Shown here: positions 15,672-23,643 of the stretch, piece by piece
Numbering within the stretch: position 1 is the stretch's first letter
Layout of the letters: the number at the start of each line of letters is the position of its first letter
Assembly: GCA_016281895.1 (NCBI GenBank)
Contig: JAEEJM010000123.1
Span: 1-33,827 of the forward strand
DNA from: Clostridiales bacterium
GTDB taxonomy: Bacteria; Bacillota; Clostridia; Oscillospirales; CAG-272
Reading direction: 5' to 3'
DNA: 33,827 nt
Made by a program: the position numbers and the translations under genes
Notes under the pieces: model-generated
What the model was told of the DNA's origin: nothing
The model's input: the letters and a program-made list of their open reading frames with translations, nothing else
Databases searched by the model: none

Positions 15672-16886
15672 ATGAAAAAGATTCTTTCCGCGATCCTCGT
15701 CGTATGCATGATCCTGTCTCTTGCTCTCTCCGTCGTGTCCTGCAGCACCAGCAAGACCATTACGAAAGAGAACATCAAGATCGGTCTCATCACGCTGCAC
15801 GACGATTCCTCCACCTACGACAAGAACTTCATCGAGTCGATGAAGAGAGCCCTGCAGGATCTCGGCATCAAGGAGGAGCAGCTCGTGCTCTCCACCTCCA
15901 TCGAAGAGACCAGCCAGTGCTACGACACCGCGAAGCAGATGGTCAAGGACGGCTGCGACGTCATCTTCGCCGACTCCTTCGGACACGAGGCCTTCCTGCT
16001 CCAGGCCGCCCAGGAATTCCCGAAAGTGAAGTTCTGCCACGCCACCGGCACTATGGCCCACACCGCCAAGCTCGACAACTTCTCCAACGCCTTCGCCGCC
16101 ATCTATGAGGGCAGATACCTCGCCGGCATCGCCGCCGGAATGAAGCTCAAGGAAATGATCGACAGCGGCAAGATCACCGCCGAGCAGGCCATCGTCGGCT
16201 ACGTCGGCGCCTACACCTACGCCGAGGTCATGTCCGGATACACCTCCTTCTTCCTCGGCGTCCGCTCCGTCGTTCCGTCCGCCACTATGAAGGTCAGGTT
16301 CACCGGTTCCTGGTACGACACCGATACCGAGTACTCCGCCGCCAAGGCGCTCATCGAGACCGACAAGTGCGTCCTCATCTCCCAGCACGCCGACTCCTAC
16401 GGAGCCCCCAACGCCTGCGAAGAGGCCAAGGTCCCCAACATCTCCTATAACGGCAGCACCGAGAGCCAGGGTCCCAACACCTATATCGTCTCCTCCAAGA
16501 TCGACTGGGCTCCCTACTTCAAGTACATGATCAACTGCACCATCGAGGGCAAGGTCATCGACAAAGACTGGACCGGCACCATCGACACCGGCTCCGTAGT
16601 CCTTCTCGACCTCTCCAAGAACGCCGCTGCCGGCACCCAGGAGGCCATCGACAGCGCCAAGGCCGCTCTCAAGGCCGGCACCCTCCACGTGTTCGACACC
16701 TCCAAGTTCACCGTCGGCGGACAGACCCTGACCACCTACAAGGCCGACGTCGACACCGACGACAAGTACACGCCCGACACAGAGGCCATTAAGGACGGCT
16801 ACTTCCATGAATCCGAGTACCGTTCCGCCCCGTACTTCAACATCAAGATCGACGGCATCTCCATCATCGGCGACGAGAAATACTGA
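15672..16886 (+). CDS. BMP-family ABC transporter substrate-binding lipoprotein (purine nucleoside)
   Basis: Lipobox VVSC; DSFGH, YEGRYLAGIAAG, GSWYD, ISQHADS, DW.PY; riboswitch upstream. Confidence 0.92.
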   Translation: MKKILSAILVVCMILSLALSVVSCSTSKTITKENIKIGLITLHDDSSTYDKNFIESMKRALQDLGIKEEQLVLSTSIEETSQCYDTAKQMVKDGCDVIFADSFGHEAFLLQAAQEFPKVKFCHATGTMAHTAKLDNFSNAFAAIYEGRYLAGIAAGMKLKEMIDSGKITAEQAIVGYVGAYTYAEVMSGYTSFFLGVRSVVPSATMKVRFTGSWYDTDTEYSAAKALIETDKCVLISQHADSYGAPNACEEAKVPNISYNGSTESQGPNTYIVSSKIDWAPYFKYMINCTIEGKVIDKDWTGTIDTGSVVLLDLSKNAAAGTQEAIDSAKAALKAGTLHVFDTSKFTVGGQTLTTYKADVDTDDKYTPDTEAIKDGYFHESEYRSAPYFNIKIDGISIIGDEKY

Positions 16887-16909
16887 TACCACAGATCCGC
16901 GACCGTTCC

Positions 16910-16939
16910 GGCAAAGCGGAGCTCCGGCTCCGCTTTGCC
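16910..16939 (+). other. Intercistronic stem-loop after the binding-protein gene (likely mRNA stabiliser or partial terminator)
   Basis: GGCAAAGCGGAGC-TCCG-GCTCCGCTTTGCC, perfect 13-bp stem. Confidence 0.65.
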
Positions 16940-17003
16940 ACAATTTGTTTTTCCGGCACACATCGCACACGGCTTTTTACAATTCAGAGATCGGAGCACA
17001 CTT

Positions 17004-18623
17004 TTGGAAAAGAAGATCGCGCTGGAGCTTCGAGGCATATCGAAGCATTTCGGAATGATACGGGCCAACAGGGACATAAGCCTCTCTCTGTACGAGGGCG
17101 AGATCCTGGCCCTCCTCGGCGAGAACGGCTCGGGCAAGACGACCCTCATGAACATGATCTCCGGCATCTATTACCCTGACGCGGGCGACATCTTCGTCCA
17201 CGGGGAGAGGGCGGTCATCAGTTCCCCGAGGGAGGCCTTCGGATACGGCATAGGCATGATCCATCAGCATTTCAAACTGGTGGATACCTTCACCGCCGCC
17301 GAGAACATAATCCTCGGCACTGCGGAGAAATACGACATGAGGCGGGTCAACGCCCGCGTAGGCGAGATCGCCGCAAGATACGGTTTCGAGATAGACCCCA
17401 AAAAGCGGGTCCACGAGATGTCCGTCTCGGAGAAGCAGACGGTCGAGATCATAAAGATCATCTTCCGCGGAGCGGACATACTCATACTCGACGAACCGAC
17501 GGCGGTCCTTACGCCCCAGGAGATCGAAAAACTCTTTGCCATCCTGCGCAACATGAAGGCGGACGGCAAGTCTATCATAATAATCACCCACAAGCTGAAC
17601 GAGGTCATGGAGATATCCGACCGCGTATCCATCCTGCGCAAGGGCGCGTACATCGGTACCGTGAACACGGCCGAGACCGACGAGAAGCAGCTGACGGAGA
17701 TGATGGTCGGCCAGAAGATAGATCTTGAGATAAACCGCGTTCAGATCGAGAAGAAGAGCCCGCTGCTCGAGATCCGCGACCTGAGCATCCGGGCCGACGA
17801 CGGCAGCCTGGCCATCGACGGGGTGAGCTTCTACATCCGCGGCGGCGAGCTGCTGGGCGTCGCCGGCATCACCGGCTGCGGCCAGAAGGAGCTCTGCGAG
17901 GCCATCGCCGGCCTCCGGCCGATAGAGTCCGGCGCCATAATACACAAGGGCGAGTCCATCGTCGGCCTGCCGCCCAGGGAGATCATCGAGAAGGGCGTCT
18001 CCATGAGCTTCATCCCCGAGGACCGTCTCGGGATGGGCCTGGCGCCGTCGTTCTCAATAACCGACAACATGATGCTCAAGACCTACTCCGAAGGCTCGAC
18101 GCCTTTCGTTGACCGCCGCAGCGCAAGGAGCAGGGCGGAGGCCCTGATAAAGCGCCTGGACATCGTGACGCCGTCCACCGAGACGCCTGTGCGGCGCCTG
18201 TCGGGAGGCAACGTCCAGAAGGTGCTGGTCGGGCGCGAGATCGAATCCGGGCCGAACGTCATAGTGACGGCCTATCCGGTGCGGGGCCTCGACATCAACT
18301 CCTCGTACCTCATATACGACATCCTCAACGAACAGAAGAAGCGCGGCGTCGGCATTCTTTTCGTGGGAGAGGATCTTGACGTCATGCTTGCCCTCTGCGA
18401 CAAGATCATGGTCCTCTGCCACGGCAGGGTCATGGGCATCGTCCACGCGTCCAAGGTGACCAAGGACGAGCTCGGACTCATGATGACCGGCGCGGTCGAT
18501 CTTACGAGGGAACAGAAGGACAAGCACTTCGGGATAGCCAGCGACTCGGCCCTCTCGCCGGACGAGTGGGCGGACGTCGGGCGCCGGCCCGGAGCCGACA
18601 GAGGGGAGGCGGACTCGGACTGA
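17004..18623 (+). CDS. Nucleoside ABC transporter ATP-binding protein (two fused ABC domains)
   Basis: GENGSGKT, ILDEPT, ITHK; second domain with degenerate Walker A and LSGGNVQK. Start moved to TTG 17004 after GGAG. Confidence 0.93.
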   Translation: MEKKIALELRGISKHFGMIRANRDISLSLYEGEILALLGENGSGKTTLMNMISGIYYPDAGDIFVHGERAVISSPREAFGYGIGMIHQHFKLVDTFTAAENIILGTAEKYDMRRVNARVGEIAARYGFEIDPKKRVHEMSVSEKQTVEIIKIIFRGADILILDEPTAVLTPQEIEKLFAILRNMKADGKSIIIITHKLNEVMEISDRVSILRKGAYIGTVNTAETDEKQLTEMMVGQKIDLEINRVQIEKKSPLLEIRDLSIRADDGSLAIDGVSFYIRGGELLGVAGITGCGQKELCEAIAGLRPIESGAIIHKGESIVGLPPREIIEKGVSMSFIPEDRLGMGLAPSFSITDNMMLKTYSEGSTPFVDRRSARSRAEALIKRLDIVTPSTETPVRRLSGGNVQKVLVGREIESGPNVIVTAYPVRGLDINSSYLIYDILNEQKKRGVGILFVGEDLDVMLALCDKIMVLCHGRVMGIVHASKVTKDELGLMMTGAVDLTREQKDKHFGIASDSALSPDEWADVGRRPGADRGEADSD

Positions 18624-19771
18624 TGACCGGAAAGAATATGCAGAAACAGAGACCGGTCCGAGAGCCTCTGTTCCATGTGAGCAAGAACAACGCCCTGCCT
18701 GTGTGGAAGGGGCTGCTCTACCGCGCCGCGGCCGTCCTTGCCGCCATGCTGCTGACGGGACTGCTCGGGGTCCTGCTCGTCAGGAAGAACCCGCTGGAGA
18801 TCTACGCGGCGATCTTCAAGGGGCCGTTCATAGACATATGGACGCTGCTCCAGAACACGGCCGTGCTGCTGGGCTTCGCCCTGGCGGTGGTCCCGGCCTT
18901 CAAAATGAAGTATTTCAACATGGGCGCGAACGGTCAGGTGCTCGTGGGCTGCCTTGCCGGCATCGCCTGCATGAAGTTCCTCTCGGGCGCGTTGCCCGAC
19001 TGGCTGGTCATAATCCTCATCATAGCGGCCTCGGTCGCGGCCTCGGTGGTGTTCGCCCTGATACCGGCGGTGTTCAAGGCATTCTTCGACACGAACGAGA
19101 CGCTGTTCACGCTTATGATGAACTACGTGGCGATCGGCCTCGTGGACTACATGGTCTTCGTGTGGGACAAGAGCGGCTCGGGGACGCTGGGCATCGTCAA
19201 CCTGTTCTCGCACGCCGGCTGGTTCCCGAACATAATCAACAAATACTTCCCGTCGGTGCTGGTCGTCGCCCTGATGACGGTCTTCATGACGGTCTACATG
19301 AAGTATACCAAGCACGGCTTCGAGACCGCCCTTGTCGGCGAGAGCGTCAACACGGCCAGGTACGTCGGCATCAACGTCAGGAAAGTCATCATAAGGACCC
19401 TGGCCCTGTCCGGCCTCATGTGCGGCATAATGGGGGCGCTCTACGCGGGCTCCATCGAGCACACGGTCAACGCCTCGGTCGGCGGCAAGGGCTTCACCGC
19501 CATACTTGTCGCCTGGCTGGCTAATTTCGATCCTCCTGTCATGGCCCTTGTGTCGTTCCTCGTCATGTTCCTGACATCGGGCACCGAGTACGCGGCGGCC
19601 TCGCTGAGGCTGGGCAGCAACGACTTTGCCTCCATAACGGTCGGCATCGTCTTCTTCTTCGTGATGGCGTCCGAGTTCTTCATCAGGTACAACGTGCAGC
19701 TCACCGACCGCGGAAGAAAGGTCTTCCGCGTCCGCGAGAAACAGAGTGAAGAGAAAGGGGGGACTGCCTGA
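18623..19771 (+). CDS. Nucleoside ABC transporter permease
   Basis: FNMGANGQ, NETLFTLMMNY, GES...ARYVGIN, GFTAILVAWLA; ATG overlaps the ATPase stop (TGATG). Confidence 0.92.
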   Translation: MTGKNMQKQRPVREPLFHVSKNNALPVWKGLLYRAAAVLAAMLLTGLLGVLLVRKNPLEIYAAIFKGPFIDIWTLLQNTAVLLGFALAVVPAFKMKYFNMGANGQVLVGCLAGIACMKFLSGALPDWLVIILIIAASVAASVVFALIPAVFKAFFDTNETLFTLMMNYVAIGLVDYMVFVWDKSGSGTLGIVNLFSHAGWFPNIINKYFPSVLVVALMTVFMTVYMKYTKHGFETALVGESVNTARYVGINVRKVIIRTLALSGLMCGIMGALYAGSIEHTVNASVGGKGFTAILVAWLANFDPPVMALVSFLVMFLTSGTEYAAASLRLGSNDFASITVGIVFFFVMASEFFIRYNVQLTDRGRKVFRVREKQSEEKGGTA

Positions 19772-20748
19772 TGCTGGGCGGTATCAACATAGTCAACATA
19801 CTGACCGACGCCATCGCCATGGGCACCGTGTTCCTCTTCGGCTGCGTCGGCGAGACTCTCACGGAAAAGGCCGGCAATCTCAACCTCGGTATACCCGGGA
19901 TCATGTGCTGCGGCGCGCTCGGCGGCGGCCTGGGCGTCTGGATCTGCAGCGCCGGAGCCACAGACGCCGCGGCCTCGCCCGGCTGGGTCTTCGTTACCGT
20001 ATCCGTCCTGCTGGCGATGGTGTTCGCCGCGGCGGCCGGTCTGATATACGCCTTCCTTACGGTAACTCTCAACACCAACCAGAACATCGCGGGCCTGGCG
20101 CTCACCACCTTCGGCGTGGGCGTGCTCCGGTTCTTCTCGAAGAAGATCAACAACGACATAGTCTTCCACGGGGCCAGCCGCTACTTCAAGAACCTGTTCG
20201 GCTACTCCGGAAGCGGGGCCTTCGGCAGGATCTTCCTCTCTCACGGAATACTGGTCTACCTGGGCATTATCATAGCCGTCTGCGCCTCGTTCTTCCTCAG
20301 GAAGACCCGCACGGGACTGGCTCTCAGGGCCGTCGGCGAGAACCCCGCCACGGCTGACGCGGTTGGCATCAACGTCTCGGCCTTCAAGTACGCCTTCGTG
20401 CTCATAGGCAGCGCTGTCGCCGGCCTCGGAGGGCTGTATTACGTGATGGACAAGTCGAACGGCACGACCTTCTCGGAGGCTGCCATAGACACCTTCGGCT
20501 GGATGGCCGTGGCGCTGGTCATCGCCACCATGTGGAAGCCCGTGCTCTCGATCTTCGGCTCGATCCTCTTCGGAGGTCTCTACGTCCTGTCGGCCTATCT
20601 GCCGCTCTCGTTCAACCAGCTCAAGCTCTTCGGCATGGTGCCGTATCTCATCACGGTCCTTGTGCTGATAGTCATACGCCTGCTCAACCGCAGGGACAAC
20701 CAGCCTCCCGCATCGCTGGGGCTCTCCTACTTCAGGGAGGACCGCTAG
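19771..20748 (+). CDS. Nucleoside ABC transporter permease
   Basis: EKAGNLNLGIPG, GLALRAVGENPATADAVGINV, GWMAVALV, PYLIT, PASLG; TGATG coupling. Confidence 0.92.
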   Translation: MLGGINIVNILTDAIAMGTVFLFGCVGETLTEKAGNLNLGIPGIMCCGALGGGLGVWICSAGATDAAASPGWVFVTVSVLLAMVFAAAAGLIYAFLTVTLNTNQNIAGLALTTFGVGVLRFFSKKINNDIVFHGASRYFKNLFGYSGSGAFGRIFLSHGILVYLGIIIAVCASFFLRKTRTGLALRAVGENPATADAVGINVSAFKYAFVLIGSAVAGLGGLYYVMDKSNGTTFSEAAIDTFGWMAVALVIATMWKPVLSIFGSILFGGLYVLSAYLPLSFNQLKLFGMVPYLITVLVLIVIRLLNRRDNQPPASLGLSYFREDR

Positions 20749-20803
20749 CGGGCGCCCGGCGCCGTCCCGCATAAGACGGAGACTGTCATACGCGATCCCG
20801 ACC

Positions 20804-20842
20804 GGCCGGTTCTCTGATCCACTGAGAGGACCGGCCTTTTTT
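20804..20842 (+). terminator. Rho-independent terminator of the ABC operon
   Basis: GGCCGGTTCTCT...AGAGGACCGGCC followed by TTTTTT. Confidence 0.8.
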
Positions 20843-20912
20843 GTTTCTTCCGCCCCGGAGCAGGGGATAGCGCCCGCGCACGATATTTAATAATATATAT
20901 TAAGCCGCGGTA

Positions 20913-20941
20913 TTGAAAAGCGCGCGCGAATGTGATAAAAT
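20913..20941 (+). promoter_or_regulatory. Putative sigma-A promoter for cdaA-cdaR
   Basis: TTGAAA (20913-20918), 17 nt, TGa-TAAAAT (20936-20941). Confidence 0.65.
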
Positions 20942-20970
20942 AATTATAACTATAAACTGGGGTAGTGGCC

Positions 20971-21873
20971 ATGTTTGATCAATTTTCCGGAGTAGGCGAT
21001 TTTTTCAGGGAGGTCTTCGGCGAGAACTTCCTTACGTCGGTGAGATCCATCACTCTGGTGGACATCGTCGACATCCTTCTGCTGTCCGTGTTCCTGTTCT
21101 ATATATACAGGTTCATCAGGGCCAGGCGCGCCGGCACGCTTGCGGTCGGTCTCGGTCTGGTCATAGCTGTGCTGCTCCTCAGCGTGATCTTCAACATGAG
21201 GGCCATCAGGTACATCCTCCAGAACTTTTATCAGGTGGGCCTTATCGCGTTCATCGTGATCTTCCAGGCCGACCTGAGGGCGGGTCTCGAGCGGGTCGGC
21301 ACGACATCGCTGAAGAACTTCAGACCGGTCAGCGAGGCCGACATCCGCGAGACCGAGCAGATGGCCTCCGTGGTCGCCGAGACCGCGGGCAAGCTCTCCG
21401 GCAGCAAGGTCGGAGCGCTCATCGTCATCGAGCGCGAGACCAAGCTCGGCGACTACCTGTCCCAGGGCGTCATAGTGAACGCCGAGCTGTCCTCCGAGCT
21501 GCTCTGCAACATCTTCTTCGACAAGGCCCCGCTGCACGACGGAGCCGTGATAATACGCGACAACAAGCTCCACGCCGCCGGCTGCTACCTGCCGCTCTCG
21601 CTGGCTGACGTCAACAAGGAGCTCGGTACGCGCCACCGCGCCGCCCTCGGCCTGTCCGAGCAGAGCGACGCCCTGGTGATCGTCGTCTCCGAGGAGACCG
21701 GCACCATATCAGCCGCCATGAACGGCGAACTCACGCGCAACTACAACTCGGTCTCGCTCAGGGCCCTTATCACCGACTACATGATCGCCGAGACCGGCGC
21801 GGTCCAGCGCATAGGCAAGGGCATCAGGGGCATAGGCACGCGCAGGAACAGCGAAAAACCGGAGGACAAGTGA
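20971..21873 (+). CDS. cdaA: Diadenylate cyclase CdaA (DacA)
   Basis: N-terminal TMs, IFQ.DLR..LE, GALIVIER, PLHDGAVII, GTRHRAALG, VSEETG. Confidence 0.96.
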   Translation: MFDQFSGVGDFFREVFGENFLTSVRSITLVDIVDILLLSVFLFYIYRFIRARRAGTLAVGLGLVIAVLLLSVIFNMRAIRYILQNFYQVGLIAFIVIFQADLRAGLERVGTTSLKNFRPVSEADIRETEQMASVVAETAGKLSGSKVGALIVIERETKLGDYLSQGVIVNAELSSELLCNIFFDKAPLHDGAVIIRDNKLHAAGCYLPLSLADVNKELGTRHRAALGLSEQSDALVIVVSEETGTISAAMNGELTRNYNSVSLRALITDYMIAETGAVQRIGKGIRGIGTRRNSEKPEDK

Positions 21874-23009
21874 TGAAGGACGCGCAGAGAGACCGCGGCG
21901 GGGAAGCGGCCGAAAAGAAGAACCTTTATATCATCCCCAGGATCATCTGTCTCGTCCTTGCCTTCGTGATCTGGCTCTACGTTATAAGCGTGACCAGCGA
22001 GACCTCCGAGAAGACCTTCACCCTCATCGAGATCAAGGTCGAGGGTACGGACACCCTGGCAGAGAATACCAACCTGTCGATCTACGACATCAGCGAGGGC
22101 AAGCTCAGCGTGACCGTGTCGGGCTCGCGCAAGGACATATCCCAGCTGTCATCCTCCGACTTCATAGCCTACATCGACGTCTCCGGCCTCAGGGAGACCG
22201 GCAAGCAGACCGTCCCGGTCAAGGTCAGCGTGCCGGCGTCGGTGTCGCTGAAGTCATACTCGCCGACCGGCATCGTGATCTACACCGACGAGCGAATAAC
22301 CAGGGACATAGACGTCACTTGCCGCCCGTCGGCCTTCTCCATGCCGACGTCGTTCTCGTTCGGCTCCATCACTTCCGAGGTCGGGTCAGTCAGTGTCACC
22401 GGACCCGCGGCTGTCGTGTCTAAGATCGCCGAGGTCAGGGCCGACCTCAACCTCTCCGGCCAGTGGATCACCACGAGCTTCGTCCACAACGCCGAGCTCA
22501 CGCCCGTCGACTCAGAGGGTCGCCCCGTCGAGAGCCAGTACCTCTCCATGGACCGCGAGAACGTCAACGTCAACGTTCAGATAATGACGTCCACGGTGCG
22601 CCCGCTCGAGGTCGCCTACGCCGCCGACGCCGACCGCTCGCAGATAGAGTCGGTGACGGTGTCGCCCGCCTCGCTGAAGCTCGAGGGCGAGGCCTCGCTG
22701 ATCTCGTCCATCGGCAACCTTGTAATATACACGGTCACAGGCACCGAGACGGGGCCCGTGAACGTGCCCACGTCCGCGATAAAGCTGCCGGCCGGAGTCG
22801 GCATCGTCAACGATCCCGGGACGGTCACCGTGACCGTCACCTTCGTCCCCGTCGTCCCCGACACCGAGCAGCCGCCCGACACCGAGCAGCCGCCCGACAC
22901 CGAGCAGCCGCCCGAGACCGGACCCGAGCCCGTCACCGAACCGGCTGAGCCGACAGGCGGCTCGCCGCAGACCGGCGAAGGAGCCGTGGACGGCATAACG
23001 GGAGGCTGA
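21873..23009 (+). CDS. cdaR: CdaR (YbbR-domain) regulator of CdaA with Pro-rich C-terminal tail
   Basis: N-terminal TM ICLVLAFVIWLYV, repeated V.V.G YbbR-like domains, coupled to cdaA (TGATG, GGAGG at 21861-21865). Confidence 0.88.
   Translation: MKDAQRDRGGEAAEKKNLYIIPRIICLVLAFVIWLYVISVTSETSEKTFTLIEIKVEGTDTLAENTNLSIYDISEGKLSVTVSGSRKDISQLSSSDFIAYIDVSGLRETGKQTVPVKVSVPASVSLKSYSPTGIVIYTDERITRDIDVTCRPSAFSMPTSFSFGSITSEVGSVSVTGPAAVVSKIAEVRADLNLSGQWITTSFVHNAELTPVDSEGRPVESQYLSMDRENVNVNVQIMTSTVRPLEVAYAADADRSQIESVTVSPASLKLEGEASLISSIGNLVIYTVTGTETGPVNVPTSAIKLPAGVGIVNDPGTVTVTVTFVPVVPDTEQPPDTEQPPDTEQPPETGPEPVTEPAEPTGGSPQTGEGAVDGITGG
22857..22910 (+). repeat. 3 x 18-bp in-frame tandem repeat in cdaR (PDTEQP)
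   Basis: CCCGACACCGAGCAGCCG at 22857, 22875 and 22893, followed by a partial fourth copy. Confidence 0.95.
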
Positions 23010-23011
23010 CC

Positions 23012-23536
23012 GTGACATCCAGGGCCACCGTCGTCAGCGTCGACGGCGATTTCGCAACGGTCGAGACCGGCCGCATGTCTGCCTGCGAGGGCTGCCACAA
23101 ACAGACCGGCGACGGCGGCTGCTCGGCCTGCACCCTCATGGGGGGCGGCGGCAAGACCGCCAGGACCCGCGCCATCAACACCGTCGGTGCGAAGCCCGGC
23201 GACAGCGTTACCGTCGAGAGCCGCTCGGGCGTCATTCTTTTTTACTGTTTTCTGGTTTTCATCCTCCCCGTGGCCGTATCTATCGGGGTCTATTTCGCTC
23301 TTTGCGGCGTGATAAGGGAATCCCTTGCGCTTCTGGCCGCCTTCGGCGCTCTCTCGCTGTGCATGCTGGGGGTGTCGGTCTACTCCCGCTCGGCGGGAAA
23401 GAGGCGCTGCGACGCCGAGATAACCGGGATAGTATCCTCCGCGCCCGTCGGACCCGACGGGTCCGCTGGGAGTGACGCCGCCCCGGCAAACGAGGACGGC
23501 GTCCCGGCCGGCGGGAACGGTACCGCAGGCAGCTGA
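23012..23536 (+). CDS. RseC/MucC-family (SoxR-reducing system) membrane protein
   Basis: R.SACEGC...CSAC, N.VGAKPGDSV.V, two TM helices with FILP; GTG start after GGAGG. Confidence 0.8.
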   Translation: MTSRATVVSVDGDFATVETGRMSACEGCHKQTGDGGCSACTLMGGGGKTARTRAINTVGAKPGDSVTVESRSGVILFYCFLVFILPVAVSIGVYFALCGVIRESLALLAAFGALSLCMLGVSVYSRSAGKRRCDAEITGIVSSAPVGPDGSAGSDAAPANEDGVPAGGNGTAGS

Positions 23537-23643
23537 ACGCGGCGCCGGTATGTTTTGCCCTTCCGGCCCGGCCGGACGGGAGTTTTGTGACTGTTCATTT
23601 TTAATGATAATATGTACATGTGAAAGTGATTGTGACTCGAGTT

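Noticed and set aside
20749-20803. Possible riboswitch upstream of cdaA (CCGTC...GACGG hairpin)
   Set aside because: No match to c-di-AMP or other aptamer consensus that I can recognise, and it lies upstream of the ABC terminator and the cdaA promoter.
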